Source: Pseudomonadota bacterium
GTDB taxonomy: Bacteria; Pseudomonadota; Alphaproteobacteria; Caulobacterales; Caulobacteraceae
DNA length: 64,000 nt
Direction of reading: 5' to 3'
NCBI GenBank assembly: GCA_040388315.1
Contig: JAZKBZ010000021.1
Coordinates: 1,960 to 65,959 of the forward strand
The notes below the pieces were generated by a model. That model saw only the letters and a list, made by a program, of their open reading frames with translations, searched no databases and was not told the origin of the DNA. The position numbers and the translations under genes were made by a program. This document shows, in pieces, positions 8,510-19,459 of the stretch; positions within the stretch are counted from its first letter, which is position 1, and each line of letters opens with the position of its first letter.

Positions 8510-11095
8510 TCAGTTTGCCACGATGTTGACGATGCGATCCTTCACCACGATCACCTTGCGGATGGTGAGGCCCTCAAGGCGCCGCGCGATCTCGGGATCG
8601 TCAAGCACCATCTTCTCAACCTCGGCCGGTTCGGCGCCGGCCGGGGCGGAAATCTCCCCCCGGCGCTTGCCGTTGACCTGGACCGGCAGGACGCGGACGG
8701 CGTCCTGCGTCAGGGCGGGATCGAAGTCCGGCCAGGGGGCGGCCACCACCATGCCCGTCCCGCCGATGCGGGCCCAGGCCTCTTCCGCCAGGTGCGGCGT
8801 GAAGGGGGAGACCAGGCGGGCGAAGGCCGACAGGGCCTCGGCGCGGGCCGCCAGCAGGGCGGGGCTCGCGCCCTCGACGGGGGCGGCCTTCAGGGTGTTG
8901 AGGAACTCGTACAGGCGGGCGATGCCGGAGTTGAAGCGGAAGCCCTCCACCGCCTCGGTGACCGCCTTGATGGTGCGGTGGGTGGCGATGCGCAGGGCCA
9001 CGGCCTTGGGGTCGGCGGCGATATCGGCGGCCGCGACCGTCTCCGGCTGGGCGTCGAACTCGGCCCAGACCCGGTTGACGAAGCGCCAGGCGCCCTCGAC
9101 CCCGGAGGTGGACCAGATGGAGTCGCGCTCGGGCGGGGAATCCGACAGCACGAACAGCCGCGCGGCGTCGACGCCGTAGACCTCGAAGATGTCGCCGGGC
9201 GCCACGGTGTTGCGCTTGGACTTCGACATCTTCTCGATGTCGCCGATGATCACCGGCTGGCCGTCGGAGACGCGGACGGCGCGGCGGGTGTTTCCCTCCG
9301 CCGTGATCTCCAGCTCCTTGGGCTCGACCCAGTCGCCGTTCTGCAGGCGGTAGGTCTCGTGGGTGACCATGCCTTGGGTGAACAGCCCCGCGAAGGGCTC
9401 CTTGGCCTCCAGCATGCCGGCGTCGGAGAGCGCCCGGTTGACGAAGCGGGCATAGAGCAGGTGCAGGACGGCGTGCTCGATGCCCCCCACATACTGGTCC
9501 ACCGGCATCCAGTAGTCGGCGGCGGCCTTGTCGATGGGCTCGGCGGCGGTGGGATTGGTGAAGCGGGCGAAGTACCAAGCGCTGTCGACGAAGGTGTCCA
9601 GGGTGTCGGTCTCGCGGGTCGCCGGCCCGCCGCAGTCGGGGCAGCTCGTCTCTTTCCAAGTGGGGTGACGGGCGAGCGCATTGCCGGGCTTGGAGAAGTC
9701 CAGGTCCTGCGGCAAGGCGACCGGCAGCTGGCTCTTGGGCACGGCGACCACGCCGCACTTGTCGCAATGGACCACCGGCACCGGGCAGCCCCAGCCACGC
9801 TGGCGGGCCACGCCCCAGTCGCGCAGGCGATAGACGGTGGCGCCCTCCCCCTGGCCCTGGGACTCGATGCGGGCGATGGCGGCGGCCTTGGCCGGCTCGA
9901 TCTCCATCCCGTCCAGGAAGCCGGAATGGAAGAGGGTCCCCGGGCCCGTATAGGCCTCGGTCCCGACCTCATAGGCGGCGGGATCCTCGCCCGGCGGCAG
10001 GACGACCGGCTTGACCGGCAGGCCGTACTTGCGGGCGAAGTCCAGGTCACGCTGGTCGTGGGCTGGGCAGGCGAAGATGGCGCCCGTGCCGTAGTCCATC
10101 AGGATGAAGTTGGCGATCCAGACCGGCAGCCGCCAGGCGGGGTCGAAGGGGTGGGCCACGGTCAGGCCGGTGTCGAAGCCGATCTTCTCGGCGGTCTCGA
10201 TCTCGGCCTCCGAGGCGCCGCCCTTGCGGCAGGCCTCGATGAAGGCCGCGGCCTTGGGATCTGCGGCGGCGATCTGCTGGGCCAGGGGGTGGTCGGGGGC
10301 CACGCCCACGAAGCTCGCCCCGTACAGGGTGTCGGGACGGGTGGTGTAGACCTCCAGCCCGGCCTCGAAGCCTTCGGGGGCGGCGTCGGCGAACTTGAAG
10401 GCGAACTTCAGGCCCTTGGAGCGGCCGATCCAGTTCTCCTGCATCAGCCGGACCTTCTCGGGCCAGCGGTCCAGGGTCTTCAGGCCCTCCAGCAGGGCGT
10501 CGGCATAGTCGGTGATGCGCATGAACCACTGGTTCAGCTTGCGCTTCTCCACCACCGCGCCCGAGCGCCAGCCGCGGCCGTCCACCACCTGCTCATTGGC
10601 CAGGACCGTCTGGTCGACGGGGTCCCAGTTCACCACGCCCTCGCGGCGATAGACCATGCCGCGCGCCATCAGGTCGATGAACCAGGCCTGCTGCTGGCCA
10701 TAATAGGCCGGGTCGCAGGTGGCGAACTCACGGGACCAGTCGATGGACAGGCCCAGCTGCTTCAGCTCGGCCCGCATCTTGTCGATATTGGCGTAGGTCC
10801 AGGCGCGGGGGTCGACGCCGCGCTCCATGGCCGCGTTCTCGGCGGGCAGGCCAAAGCCGTCCCAGCCCATGGGGTGCAGGACATTGAAGCCCCGGGCGCG
10901 CTTGAACCGGGCGTTGGCGTCGCCGAGCGTGTAGTTGCGCACATGGCCCATGTGCAGGCTCCCCGACGGATAGGGGAACATCTCCAGGGCGTAGTATTTC
11001 GGCCGCGCGTGATCGATCTCCGCGCGGAACACGTCGGCGTCGGCCCAGGCCTTGCGCCACTTGGGTTCGACTTCTTTGGGATTGTACCGGGCCAT
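8510..11095 (-). CDS. leuS: Leucine--tRNA ligase
   Basis: [14 protein letters not shown] (HIGH), KMSKS, editing domain [15 protein letters not shown]. Confidence 0.98.
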   Translation of the reverse strand: MARYNPKEVEPKWRKAWADADVFRAEIDHARPKYYALEMFPYPSGSLHMGHVRNYTLGDANARFKRARGFNVLHPMGWDGFGLPAENAAMERGVDPRAWTYANIDKMRAELKQLGLSIDWSREFATCDPAYYGQQQAWFIDLMARGMVYRREGVVNWDPVDQTVLANEQVVDGRGWRSGAVVEKRKLNQWFMRITDYADALLEGLKTLDRWPEKVRLMQENWIGRSKGLKFAFKFADAAPEGFEAGLEVYTTRPDTLYGASFVGVAPDHPLAQQIAAADPKAAAFIEACRKGGASEAEIETAEKIGFDTGLTVAHPFDPAWRLPVWIANFILMDYGTGAIFACPAHDQRDLDFARKYGLPVKPVVLPPGEDPAAYEVGTEAYTGPGTLFHSGFLDGMEIEPAKAAAIARIESQGQGEGATVYRLRDWGVARQRGWGCPVPVVHCDKCGVVAVPKSQLPVALPQDLDFSKPGNALARHPTWKETSCPDCGGPATRETDTLDTFVDSAWYFARFTNPTAAEPIDKAAADYWMPVDQYVGGIEHAVLHLLYARFVNRALSDAGMLEAKEPFAGLFTQGMVTHETYRLQNGDWVEPKELEITAEGNTRRAVRVSDGQPVIIGDIEKMSKSKRNTVAPGDIFEVYGVDAARLFVLSDSPPERDSIWSTSGVEGAWRFVNRVWAEFDAQPETVAAADIAADPKAVALRIATHRTIKAVTEAVEGFRFNSGIARLYEFLNTLKAAPVEGASPALLAARAEALSAFARLVSPFTPHLAEEAWARIGGTGMVVAAPWPDFDPALTQDAVRVLPVQVNGKRRGEISAPAGAEPAEVEKMVLDDPEIARRLEGLTIRKVIVVKDRIVNIVAN

Positions 11096-11214
11096 GGCGG
11101 GGGCTTAGCGCGCTTTCACTGAGGAAGGGAAGCGGCCGGACACGCCGAGAGCGCGCCGACCTGATGAGTTCGGCGCGCCCGGTTATTTGTCAGATCCCCG
11201 AACGCGCCCGGGGG

Positions 11215-11721
11215 TTAGCCCCGGATGTTCGAGAGCTTAAGCTGACGCGCCTTGGTCAGGATGGCGTTTTCGATGTCGGTCTCGGTCTGGCCGGCCGACG
11301 GGGCGTCCACCCAGCCGCCCGCGCCGTCGCGGACCTGCTTGAAGACCGCCACGTTCAGGCCATCGGCCCGCAGGCGGGCGTCCAGGATATAGACCGTGCA
11401 CTTGAAGCGCTCGTCGGGCTTTTCCGGATTGATGTACCAGTCGGTGATCACCACGCCGCCGTAAGGGTCCGCGGAGGCCAGGGGCATGAAGGCCAGGGTG
11501 TCGAGGGTCGCCCGCCACAGATAGCCGTTGACCCCGATGGTCGGCTGCTCGCCGCTCGGGGCCGACTTGCCGCGTCCGCCGAAACCGAACCGGAAACCGC
11601 CTTCTTCCTGGGTCTGGAAGGTCTTAGGGCCACCACTCGAGCAGGCCGCGAGCGCCGAAAGGCTGAGAGCCAGAGCCCCCGCGGCCACGCCACGCATCCA
11701 TACTCCACGCACAAACGGCAT
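11215..11721 (-). CDS. DUF3576-like lipoprotein
   Basis: Lipobox LAAC; IGVNGYLWRATLDTLAFMPLASADPYGGVVITDWY; upstream of leuS. Start is approximate. Confidence 0.85.
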   Translation of the reverse strand: MPFVRGVWMRGVAAGALALSLSALAACSSGGPKTFQTQEEGGFRFGFGGRGKSAPSGEQPTIGVNGYLWRATLDTLAFMPLASADPYGGVVITDWYINPEKPDERFKCTVYILDARLRADGLNVAVFKQVRDGAGGWVDAPSAGQTETDIENAILTKARQLKLSNIRG

Positions 11722-11972
11722 ATATCCGCTCCCAGTCGCTGTTTCGCGTCGGTATCTCGCCGCGTCGCCGCCCCCGCGCCGGATGCCTCTATAACAACGC
11801 CCGGAGCGGCGCCAAACAGGAATCGCGTGGCCCTGCCGCCACAGGCGCCCAACGATCTGTCCACAGACCGGCCCTGCGGCGCGTTGACGTGTTGACCTCG
11901 CCCGTTGCGCGACTTTAATCGCATCAACGGTCACGCCTCTCATGGCGGGGCCGGGGCTTAGGGGCCATATAG

Positions 11973-12362
11973 GTGGTTATGTTCAATCGGACGGTCATGG
12001 CGCTGGTCGGCGCGGCGCTCATCTCGAGCGCCGGATCGATGGCTCATGCCCAGACGACGAAGAAGACCACCGACTTCACCGTGCGCAATGAGACTCCGAC
12101 GCTGGCCCCGCCCCAGGCGGCCAAGGCGCTGAAGTTCGACGCGCGCAAGGGGCGCTGGGGGATCACGCTCAATCTGCAGCAGCCGGACGGCCGCGACGCG
12201 CAATGGAACGACGTCCAGGCGGGCGCCTATTTCCGCGTGACGCCGTCGCTGCGGGTCGGCGGCGCGGTGGCCCTGGGGGAAAGGGAAACCCCCATGTACA
12301 AGAAGACCCAGCCCCAGGACGGCGCGCCGCGCGTCCGCCTCGAGACCGCCTTCAAGTTCTAA
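11973..12362 (+). CDS. ntrZ: NtrZ-like exported protein
   Basis: Signal peptide (AHA|Q); RWGITLNL...GAYFRVTPSLRVGGAVAL...RLETAFKF. Position (divergent from DUF3576/leuS, before thiE-like/yggS/cenR) matches Caulobacter ntrZ as I recall it. Confidence 0.65.
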   Translation: MVMFNRTVMALVGAALISSAGSMAHAQTTKKTTDFTVRNETPTLAPPQAAKALKFDARKGRWGITLNLQQPDGRDAQWNDVQAGAYFRVTPSLRVGGAVALGERETPMYKKTQPQDGAPRVRLETAFKF

Positions 12363-12387
12363 GGGTCTCTTCAGATCTGAACAAACG

Positions 12388-12410
12388 AGCCGCCTCCGGG
12401 CGGCTTTTTT
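12388..12410 (+). terminator. Rho-independent terminator after ntrZ-like gene
   Basis: AGCCGCC-TCCG-GGCGGCT followed by a T run. Confidence 0.85.
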
Positions 12411-12420
12411 GATTCCACCG

Positions 12421-12463
12421 CCTCTCCCCCCGCCTCTTCGGGGGGAGAGGGCAGGGTGAGGGG
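12421..12463. repeat. REP-like palindrome, family A
   Basis: CCTCTCCCCCC...GGGGGGAGAGGGCAGGGTGAGGG, same tail as the copy at 2335-2371. Confidence 0.7.
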
Positions 12464-12506
12464 GGCTTTTCGGCCAGGTGGTGAGCGTCGGCGCGGGGAG
12501 AGGAGA

Positions 12507-13088
12507 TCAGCTCGCGAACACCTCGACCCCTGCGATCCCCACGACCCCCGTGGCCAAGAGCCGCGCGGCGGTGGCCGCGTTCACGCCGCCCAGGGCGTAG
12601 ACCGGGCTGCGGGACAGCCTGACGATCTGCGCCAGTCGGATCGGCCCCAGGGGCTTGCCCGCCGAGGCGCTGCCCGAGGGGAAGATCGCCGAGACCACCA
12701 CGGCGTCGACCGGGGCCCGCGCCGCCCTGGCCCCGTGGGCGGCGGCGGTGATCAGCCAGGCCGGGCGCCGCGCGCGGATGCGGGCGGCGCGGTGGGCCAG
12801 GCGCTCGGGCAGGTGGACCCCGTCGGCGCCGACCCTGGCGGCCAGGGCCTCGTCGGCCCCGATCAGCAGCGTCAGGCCCCTTCGGCGGGCGATGGCCCTC
12901 AGGCGCAGGGCCACGGCCACGGCGTCGGCCGCCCCGAAGGAACGGTAGACGATGGCCGAGCCCCTCGGCAGGCGGGCGGCGATCGCCTCCGGATCGGGGG
13001 TTCGAATGGGGTCGGTGAAATGGAGCAGGGCGGGCAGGGGCTTCCGCTGGCCCGCGCGCCGCCGTAAGCAGGCCCCCGTCCGCGCCAC
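12507..13088 (-). CDS. Thiamine phosphate synthase-like (ThiE/TenI family) protein
   Basis: GADGVHLPE, ITAAAHG, VSAIFPSGS, VYALGGVN motifs. Start (GTG 13088) is approximate. Confidence 0.8.
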   Translation of the reverse strand: MARTGACLRRRAGQRKPLPALLHFTDPIRTPDPEAIAARLPRGSAIVYRSFGAADAVAVALRLRAIARRRGLTLLIGADEALAARVGADGVHLPERLAHRAARIRARRPAWLITAAAHGARAARAPVDAVVVSAIFPSGSASAGKPLGPIRLAQIVRLSRSPVYALGGVNAATAARLLATGVVGIAGVEVFAS

Positions 13089-13104
13089 TGTCCAGAACCC
13101 GCCT

Positions 13105-13770
13105 ATGACCCGCTCCTTCGATCCCGCCGCCGCCCGCGCCGACATCCTGGCCCGCATCGCGCTCGCGGCGAAGGCCTGCGGACGCGCGGCCGGCGATGTG
13201 ACCCTGGTGGCGGTTTCCAAGCAACAGCCCTGGGACCGGGTGGCGACAATCCTGGAGACCGGCCAGGCCGTGTTTGGCGAGAACCGGGTGCAGGACGCCA
13301 TGGCCGCCTGGGAGGGCCGCCGCGAGGGGATCGAGCTGCGGCTGATCGGGCCGCTGCAGACCAACAAGGTCAAGGAGGCCGTGGCCTTCTTCGACGTCAT
13401 CGAGACGGTGGACCGCGAGAAGCTGGCCGCCGCCCTGGCCGCCGAAATGGCCAAACAGGGCAAGGCGCCCCGGCTCTACGTCCAGGTCAATACCGGCGAG
13501 GAAGAGCAGAAGGCCGGCGTGATCCCCTCGCAGGCCGACGCCTTCATCAGGGCCTGCCGCGAGACCCATGGCCTGACCATCGAGGGCCTGATGTGCATCC
13601 CCCCCGCCGACGAGCCGCCAGGCCCCCACTTCGCCCTGCTGGCCAAGATCGCCGCCCGCAACGGGATCTCGAAGCTCTCCATGGGGATGAGCGACGACTT
13701 CGAGACCGCCGTGCGGTTCGGGGCCACCAGCGTGCGGGTGGGCTCAGCCCTCTTTGGTCCCCGGGGGTGA
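13105..13770 (+). CDS. yggS: YggS/PLPBP pyridoxal phosphate homeostasis protein
   Basis: LVAVSK, FGENRVQ, IGPLQTNK, QVNTGEEEQKAG, GLMCIPP, LSMGMSDDFETA, VRVGSALFG. Confidence 0.95.
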   Translation: MTRSFDPAAARADILARIALAAKACGRAAGDVTLVAVSKQQPWDRVATILETGQAVFGENRVQDAMAAWEGRREGIELRLIGPLQTNKVKEAVAFFDVIETVDREKLAAALAAEMAKQGKAPRLYVQVNTGEEEQKAGVIPSQADAFIRACRETHGLTIEGLMCIPPADEPPGPHFALLAKIAARNGISKLSMGMSDDFETAVRFGATSVRVGSALFGPRG

Positions 13771-14349
13771 GACCCGCAGGGTCGGCCGCTCCGGTCTGCG
13801 CGCCCTGTCCATATGCTCCATCGCGTCCAGGAACGGGTGCGGGTTGACGTCGACGATGGAGATGGCCGAGCCCGGCTGGGCCTTGGCGATCAGCTCCAGC
13901 ACGTCCCAGGCCTGCAGGGCCACGCAGCCCTCGGTGGGCTCCCAGTTCGGGCGGGCCACATGCAGGAAGATGGCCGAGCCCATCAGGGGGATCACCGGAT
14001 CGTCGTTGTGGGCCAGGACCAGGATGAAGTCATAGACCTTGTCGTCGCGCCACAGGGCCTCGGCGCTGGCCGGGTAGGGCAGCGTGACCGGGCGGTTGTA
14101 GTTGGGGTCGCCCGGCGCGTCGCACCAGCCGTCGGTGGGCGTGAGCGCCTGGATCGGCAGGGCGGTGGCCGGCGGCGGCATCTTGTCGGGGCGGTAGAGC
14201 ACCCGGCGGATCGGCCAGACCCCCAGGGGCGAACAGCCGTCCCCCTCGCGCTTGTCCTCGGCGGCGATCACCCCGCCCCGGCCCAGGGCGCAACGGGTTT
14301 CGCGGCCCCCGATATCGAAGCGCCCGTCTGACATCGCCGTGAACAGCAC
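13744..14349 (-). CDS. L,D-transpeptidase (YkuD) family protein
   Basis: KREGDGCSPLG and GSAIFLHVARPNWEPTEGCVAL (His...Cys catalytic motif). Confidence 0.88.
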   Translation of the reverse strand: MLFTAMSDGRFDIGGRETRCALGRGGVIAAEDKREGDGCSPLGVWPIRRVLYRPDKMPPPATALPIQALTPTDGWCDAPGDPNYNRPVTLPYPASAEALWRDDKVYDFILVLAHNDDPVIPLMGSAIFLHVARPNWEPTEGCVALQAWDVLELIAKAQPGSAISIVDVNPHPFLDAMEHMDRARRPERPTLRVSPPGTKEG

Positions 14350-14406
14350 GCTTCAATCCCCCTGAGCGGTTGGCGCTGGCGCCCGACACGGTGCATGTTC
14401 GCGCCC

Positions 14407-15093
14407 ATGGCCCAACGCAAGACCCTACTCGTCGTCGACGACAATGATGATCTGCGCGGCGAACTCGCCGAGCAACTGGAACTGCACGAAGAATTCGCCG
14501 CCCTGCAGGCCGCCACCGCCGGCGACGGCGTGCGCCAGGCCGTGGAGGCGCGGCCCGACCTGATCCTGCTGGACGTCGACCTGCCCGACATGGACGGCCG
14601 CGAGGCCTGCAAGGTGATGCGCTCCAAGGGTGTCACCTGCCCGGTGATCATGCTGACGGCGGCCGACACCGACGACGACACCATCCGCGGCCTGGAGTCC
14701 GGCGCCAACGACTACGTCACCAAGCCCTTCAAGTTCGCCGTCCTGCTGGCCCGCATCCGCGCCCAGCTGCGCAGCCACGAGCAGTCGGAGGGGGCGGTCT
14801 TCCACCTGGGGGCCTACGAGTTCCGGCCCTCGGCCAAGATGCTGGTGGACGCCAACCAGAAGAAGATCCGGCTGACGGAAAAAGAGACCAACATCCTGAA
14901 ATACCTCTACCGGGCCGGCGAGAAGCCGGTGAGCCGCGAGGAGCTGTTGGCCGAGGTCTGGGGCTATAACGCCGGCGTCACCACCCACACCCTGGAAACC
15001 CACGTCTACCGCCTGCGCCAGAAGATCGAGCCCGATCCCGGCAACGCCCGCCTGCTGCTCACCGAGGCCGGCGGCTACCGTCTCGCGCCGTAG
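14407..15093 (+). CDS. cenR: OmpR-family response regulator, probable CenR
   Basis: Receiver (VVDD, LLDVDLPD, KPF) plus winged helix (LTEKE, THTLETHVYRLRQKIE). Neighbourhood matches cenR as I recall it. Confidence 0.75.
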   Translation: MAQRKTLLVVDDNDDLRGELAEQLELHEEFAALQAATAGDGVRQAVEARPDLILLDVDLPDMDGREACKVMRSKGVTCPVIMLTAADTDDDTIRGLESGANDYVTKPFKFAVLLARIRAQLRSHEQSEGAVFHLGAYEFRPSAKMLVDANQKKIRLTEKETNILKYLYRAGEKPVSREELLAEVWGYNAGVTTHTLETHVYRLRQKIEPDPGNARLLLTEAGGYRLAP

Positions 15094-15176
15094 TTCTGAG
15101 CCCGGATTGGGCGCCTGACGGGGTCCTTTCGCGCCGGCCCGGTCCTATCGTCATCTCCTGAACCGGAGATCGATGC

Positions 15177-15365
15177 ATGGAGCCGCTGGTGAGCAAGGGA
15201 CCCTGGCGCGAGGCCTGGAACGCCGCATTTCCCGTGCGCCGCGCGCGATCCGCACAACAACTTTCCCTGCTCTACGGTTTCGGCGTCGGCCTGACGGCCG
15301 GCTGCGCCATGATGCTGATGGCCTTCGGCCTGGGAATTGGGGTGGGGATCCTGGCCGGGGTGTGA
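15177..15365 (+). CDS. Small single-pass membrane protein, unknown function
   Basis: GGAGA SD upstream; 62 aa with a Gly-rich hydrophobic C-terminus. Confidence 0.55.
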   Translation: MEPLVSKGPWREAWNAAFPVRRARSAQQLSLLYGFGVGLTAGCAMMLMAFGLGIGVGILAGV

Positions 15366-15402
15366 CGGCGGGCGCCCGTTCCTAAGGGTCGTGGACGGGG
15401 CT

Positions 15403-16209
15403 CTACAGCCCGAAGTCGGCGCTCACCGGGGCGTGGTCGCTGGGGCGTTCCCATTCGCGGACGTCGTCGTGGACGCGGGCGGCGGCCGCGCCGGAGCGGA
15501 AGGCGGCCTCCCGCAGGCCCGGCGAGATCAGCACGTGGTCCAGGCGCAGGCCGCGGTTGGAGGCGCGGAAGTCGGCGGCCCGGTAGCTCCACCAGGAAAA
15601 CAGCTTCTGCGGGTCGGGGATGGCTTCGCGCACCAGGTCGGTGAACTGGCCGCTGGCCATCAGCTTGGCGAAGGCGTCGAGCTCGATGGGGGTGTGGCTG
15701 ACGATCTTCGACATCTGCTTGTGGCTCCAGACGTCGAACTCACCGGGCGCCACGTTCAGATCGCCTACGATGGCCAGGGGCGCCTTGGGGTCGCGTTTCG
15801 CCATCTCGGCGGTGAGCTTCTCGTAGAAGTCCAGCTTGTGATCGAACTTGGCGTTGATGGTTCGGTCGGGAATGTCGCCGCCGGCCGGGATGTAGAAGTT
15901 CGCGATCTCGACCCCGGCCACCTTGGCCGAGACGCAGCGGGCGTGGCCCTCGCGGCAGACGTCCAGGGGCGCGACCTCCTCGAAGGGCAGGCGGGAGGCG
16001 ATGGCCACCCCGTGCCAGCCCTTCTGGCCGGCGATCTTGATGTGGGGGAGGCCCATGTCGATGAAGGCCTGGCGCGGAAACTCCGCCTCCTGGCACTTGA
16101 TCTCCTGCAGGCACAGGACGTCGGGGGCCTGCTCGTCGACGAAGCGGCCCACCTGCTCGGCGCGCAGGCGGACGGAGTTCACATTCCAGGTGCAGAGACG
16201 AAGGCGCAT
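15403..16209 (-). CDS. xth: Exodeoxyribonuclease III
   Basis: TWNVNSVR, LCLQEIK, GDLNVAP, FSWWSYR, RLDHVL, SDHAPV. Confidence 0.95.
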   Translation of the reverse strand: MRLRLCTWNVNSVRLRAEQVGRFVDEQAPDVLCLQEIKCQEAEFPRQAFIDMGLPHIKIAGQKGWHGVAIASRLPFEEVAPLDVCREGHARCVSAKVAGVEIANFYIPAGGDIPDRTINAKFDHKLDFYEKLTAEMAKRDPKAPLAIVGDLNVAPGEFDVWSHKQMSKIVSHTPIELDAFAKLMASGQFTDLVREAIPDPQKLFSWWSYRAADFRASNRGLRLDHVLISPGLREAAFRSGAAAARVHDDVREWERPSDHAPVSADFGL

Positions 16210-16235
16210 GCGCGGGGTGTAACGAGGGTCGGGGG

Positions 16236-16274
16236 AAAAAGAAAACGCCCGGGCACTGGAGAAAGCCCGGGCGT
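16236..16274 (-). terminator. Rho-independent terminator
   Basis: ACGCCCGGGC-loop-GCCCGGGCGT followed by TTTCTTTTT on the minus strand. Confidence 0.9.
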
Positions 16275-16352
16275 AGTGATGTCTCTCATGCCGCCGCCGG
16301 GAGGGGATAGGTTCCGGCACGGAACACGCCCGCTCGCACAGGCGCCATGAGT
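16236..16352 (-). ncRNA. Candidate ~115-nt sRNA or terminated leader between lolA and xth
   Basis: TTGACT -35 (16385-16380), GCAATAAT -10, internal hairpins, and a 10-bp terminator stem with U-tract. Confidence 0.6.
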
Positions 16353-16421
16353 GGCATTATTGCAACTGACGAATACAAAAGTCAACCAGATTCACGCGGC
16401 TTATTGCCTGTTGTCTGATTG

Positions 16422-17066
16422 TCACATTCTGGCGCGACCCACGCCCTTGGGTCGGGGATCGTTGAGGACGAAGAGGGTCGGGGCCAGGCCCGAGGCCCGC
16501 TGTAGGCCGCTGAGCCGGATACGGGTCGACTGGCCCTGGGCGTCGCTCACCGTCCAGCCCACCAGGGCCAGGGGATTGTCGGAGAAGGTGAGCGTGATCT
16601 GGCCCTCGGCCTGCTTCTTGCCGTCGCGGGCGGTGATGGAGAAGCCGTCGGCCATGCGGCTGACGTCGCTGATCACCACGCCGCGGTCGAGCTTGATCTG
16701 GCGGGCCAGGAAGATGGAGAGTGGGGTGGCCATCAGCGGATAGCGGTCGAAGGTCTTCAGGCGCGAATCCGCCACCGAGACATTGGCCCCGTCGGCCACC
16801 ACCAGCAGGCCCGAGGGCGCCTCATAGGCGAAGCGGGCCTTGCCCGGGCGCTTCAGATAGACCACGCCCTGGGTCATGGTTCCGCGCGCGTCGGTCTGCA
16901 CGAAGCGACCCTTGGCCTCGGTCAGGCCCTGCAGATAGGTGGCGGCGCGGTCCACCAGGGCCCTGTCGTCGGCGCTCAGCGGGGTGATGGCGGGACGGGC
17001 GGCGAGCGCGGGCAAGGGCAGGGCGGCGAGGCCGAGCGCCAGGGCGCGTCGTGTCAGTCGGGTCAT
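16422..17066 (-). CDS. lolA: Outer-membrane lipoprotein carrier LolA
   Basis: Tat-like leader; KGRFVQ, LKRPGKARFAY, LVVADG, YPLMATPL. Confidence 0.88.
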   Translation of the reverse strand: MTRLTRRALALGLAALPLPALAARPAITPLSADDRALVDRAATYLQGLTEAKGRFVQTDARGTMTQGVVYLKRPGKARFAYEAPSGLLVVADGANVSVADSRLKTFDRYPLMATPLSIFLARQIKLDRGVVISDVSRMADGFSITARDGKKQAEGQITLTFSDNPLALVGWTVSDAQGQSTRIRLSGLQRASGLAPTLFVLNDPRPKGVGRARM

Positions 17067-17184
17067 GGGCCAGGCTCCTTTTCGCGCAACAACCTATAGC
17101 GGCCGCGCGGCGTCAATAGGGCGGGAGAACGGCGCAGGGAGCCTGGCGTTCCCCGGAGCGGGTCCGGTTCAGACGGGAATCGCC

Positions 17185-19329
<2,145 letters not shown>

Positions 19330-19459
19330 CTGGCTCTCCGGGCCGTTTCCTCAACGTTATCTGGGGGATGTTGAGTTAGGATTACCGTGTTGGGTCTCCG
19401 ACGCAATCGGTCACGCAAGTTGAGTTGAGGTCGCCCCGCCCCGGCCCCAGGGTCGGGAC

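Noticed and set aside
11150-11205. CTGATGAG followed by a stem, resembling a hammerhead ribozyme core
   Set aside because: The required GAAA after stem II is GAAC and no stem I/III with a cleavage triplet is evident. The GCGCGCCGA/TCGGCGCGC hairpin is better explained as a terminator or processing stem.
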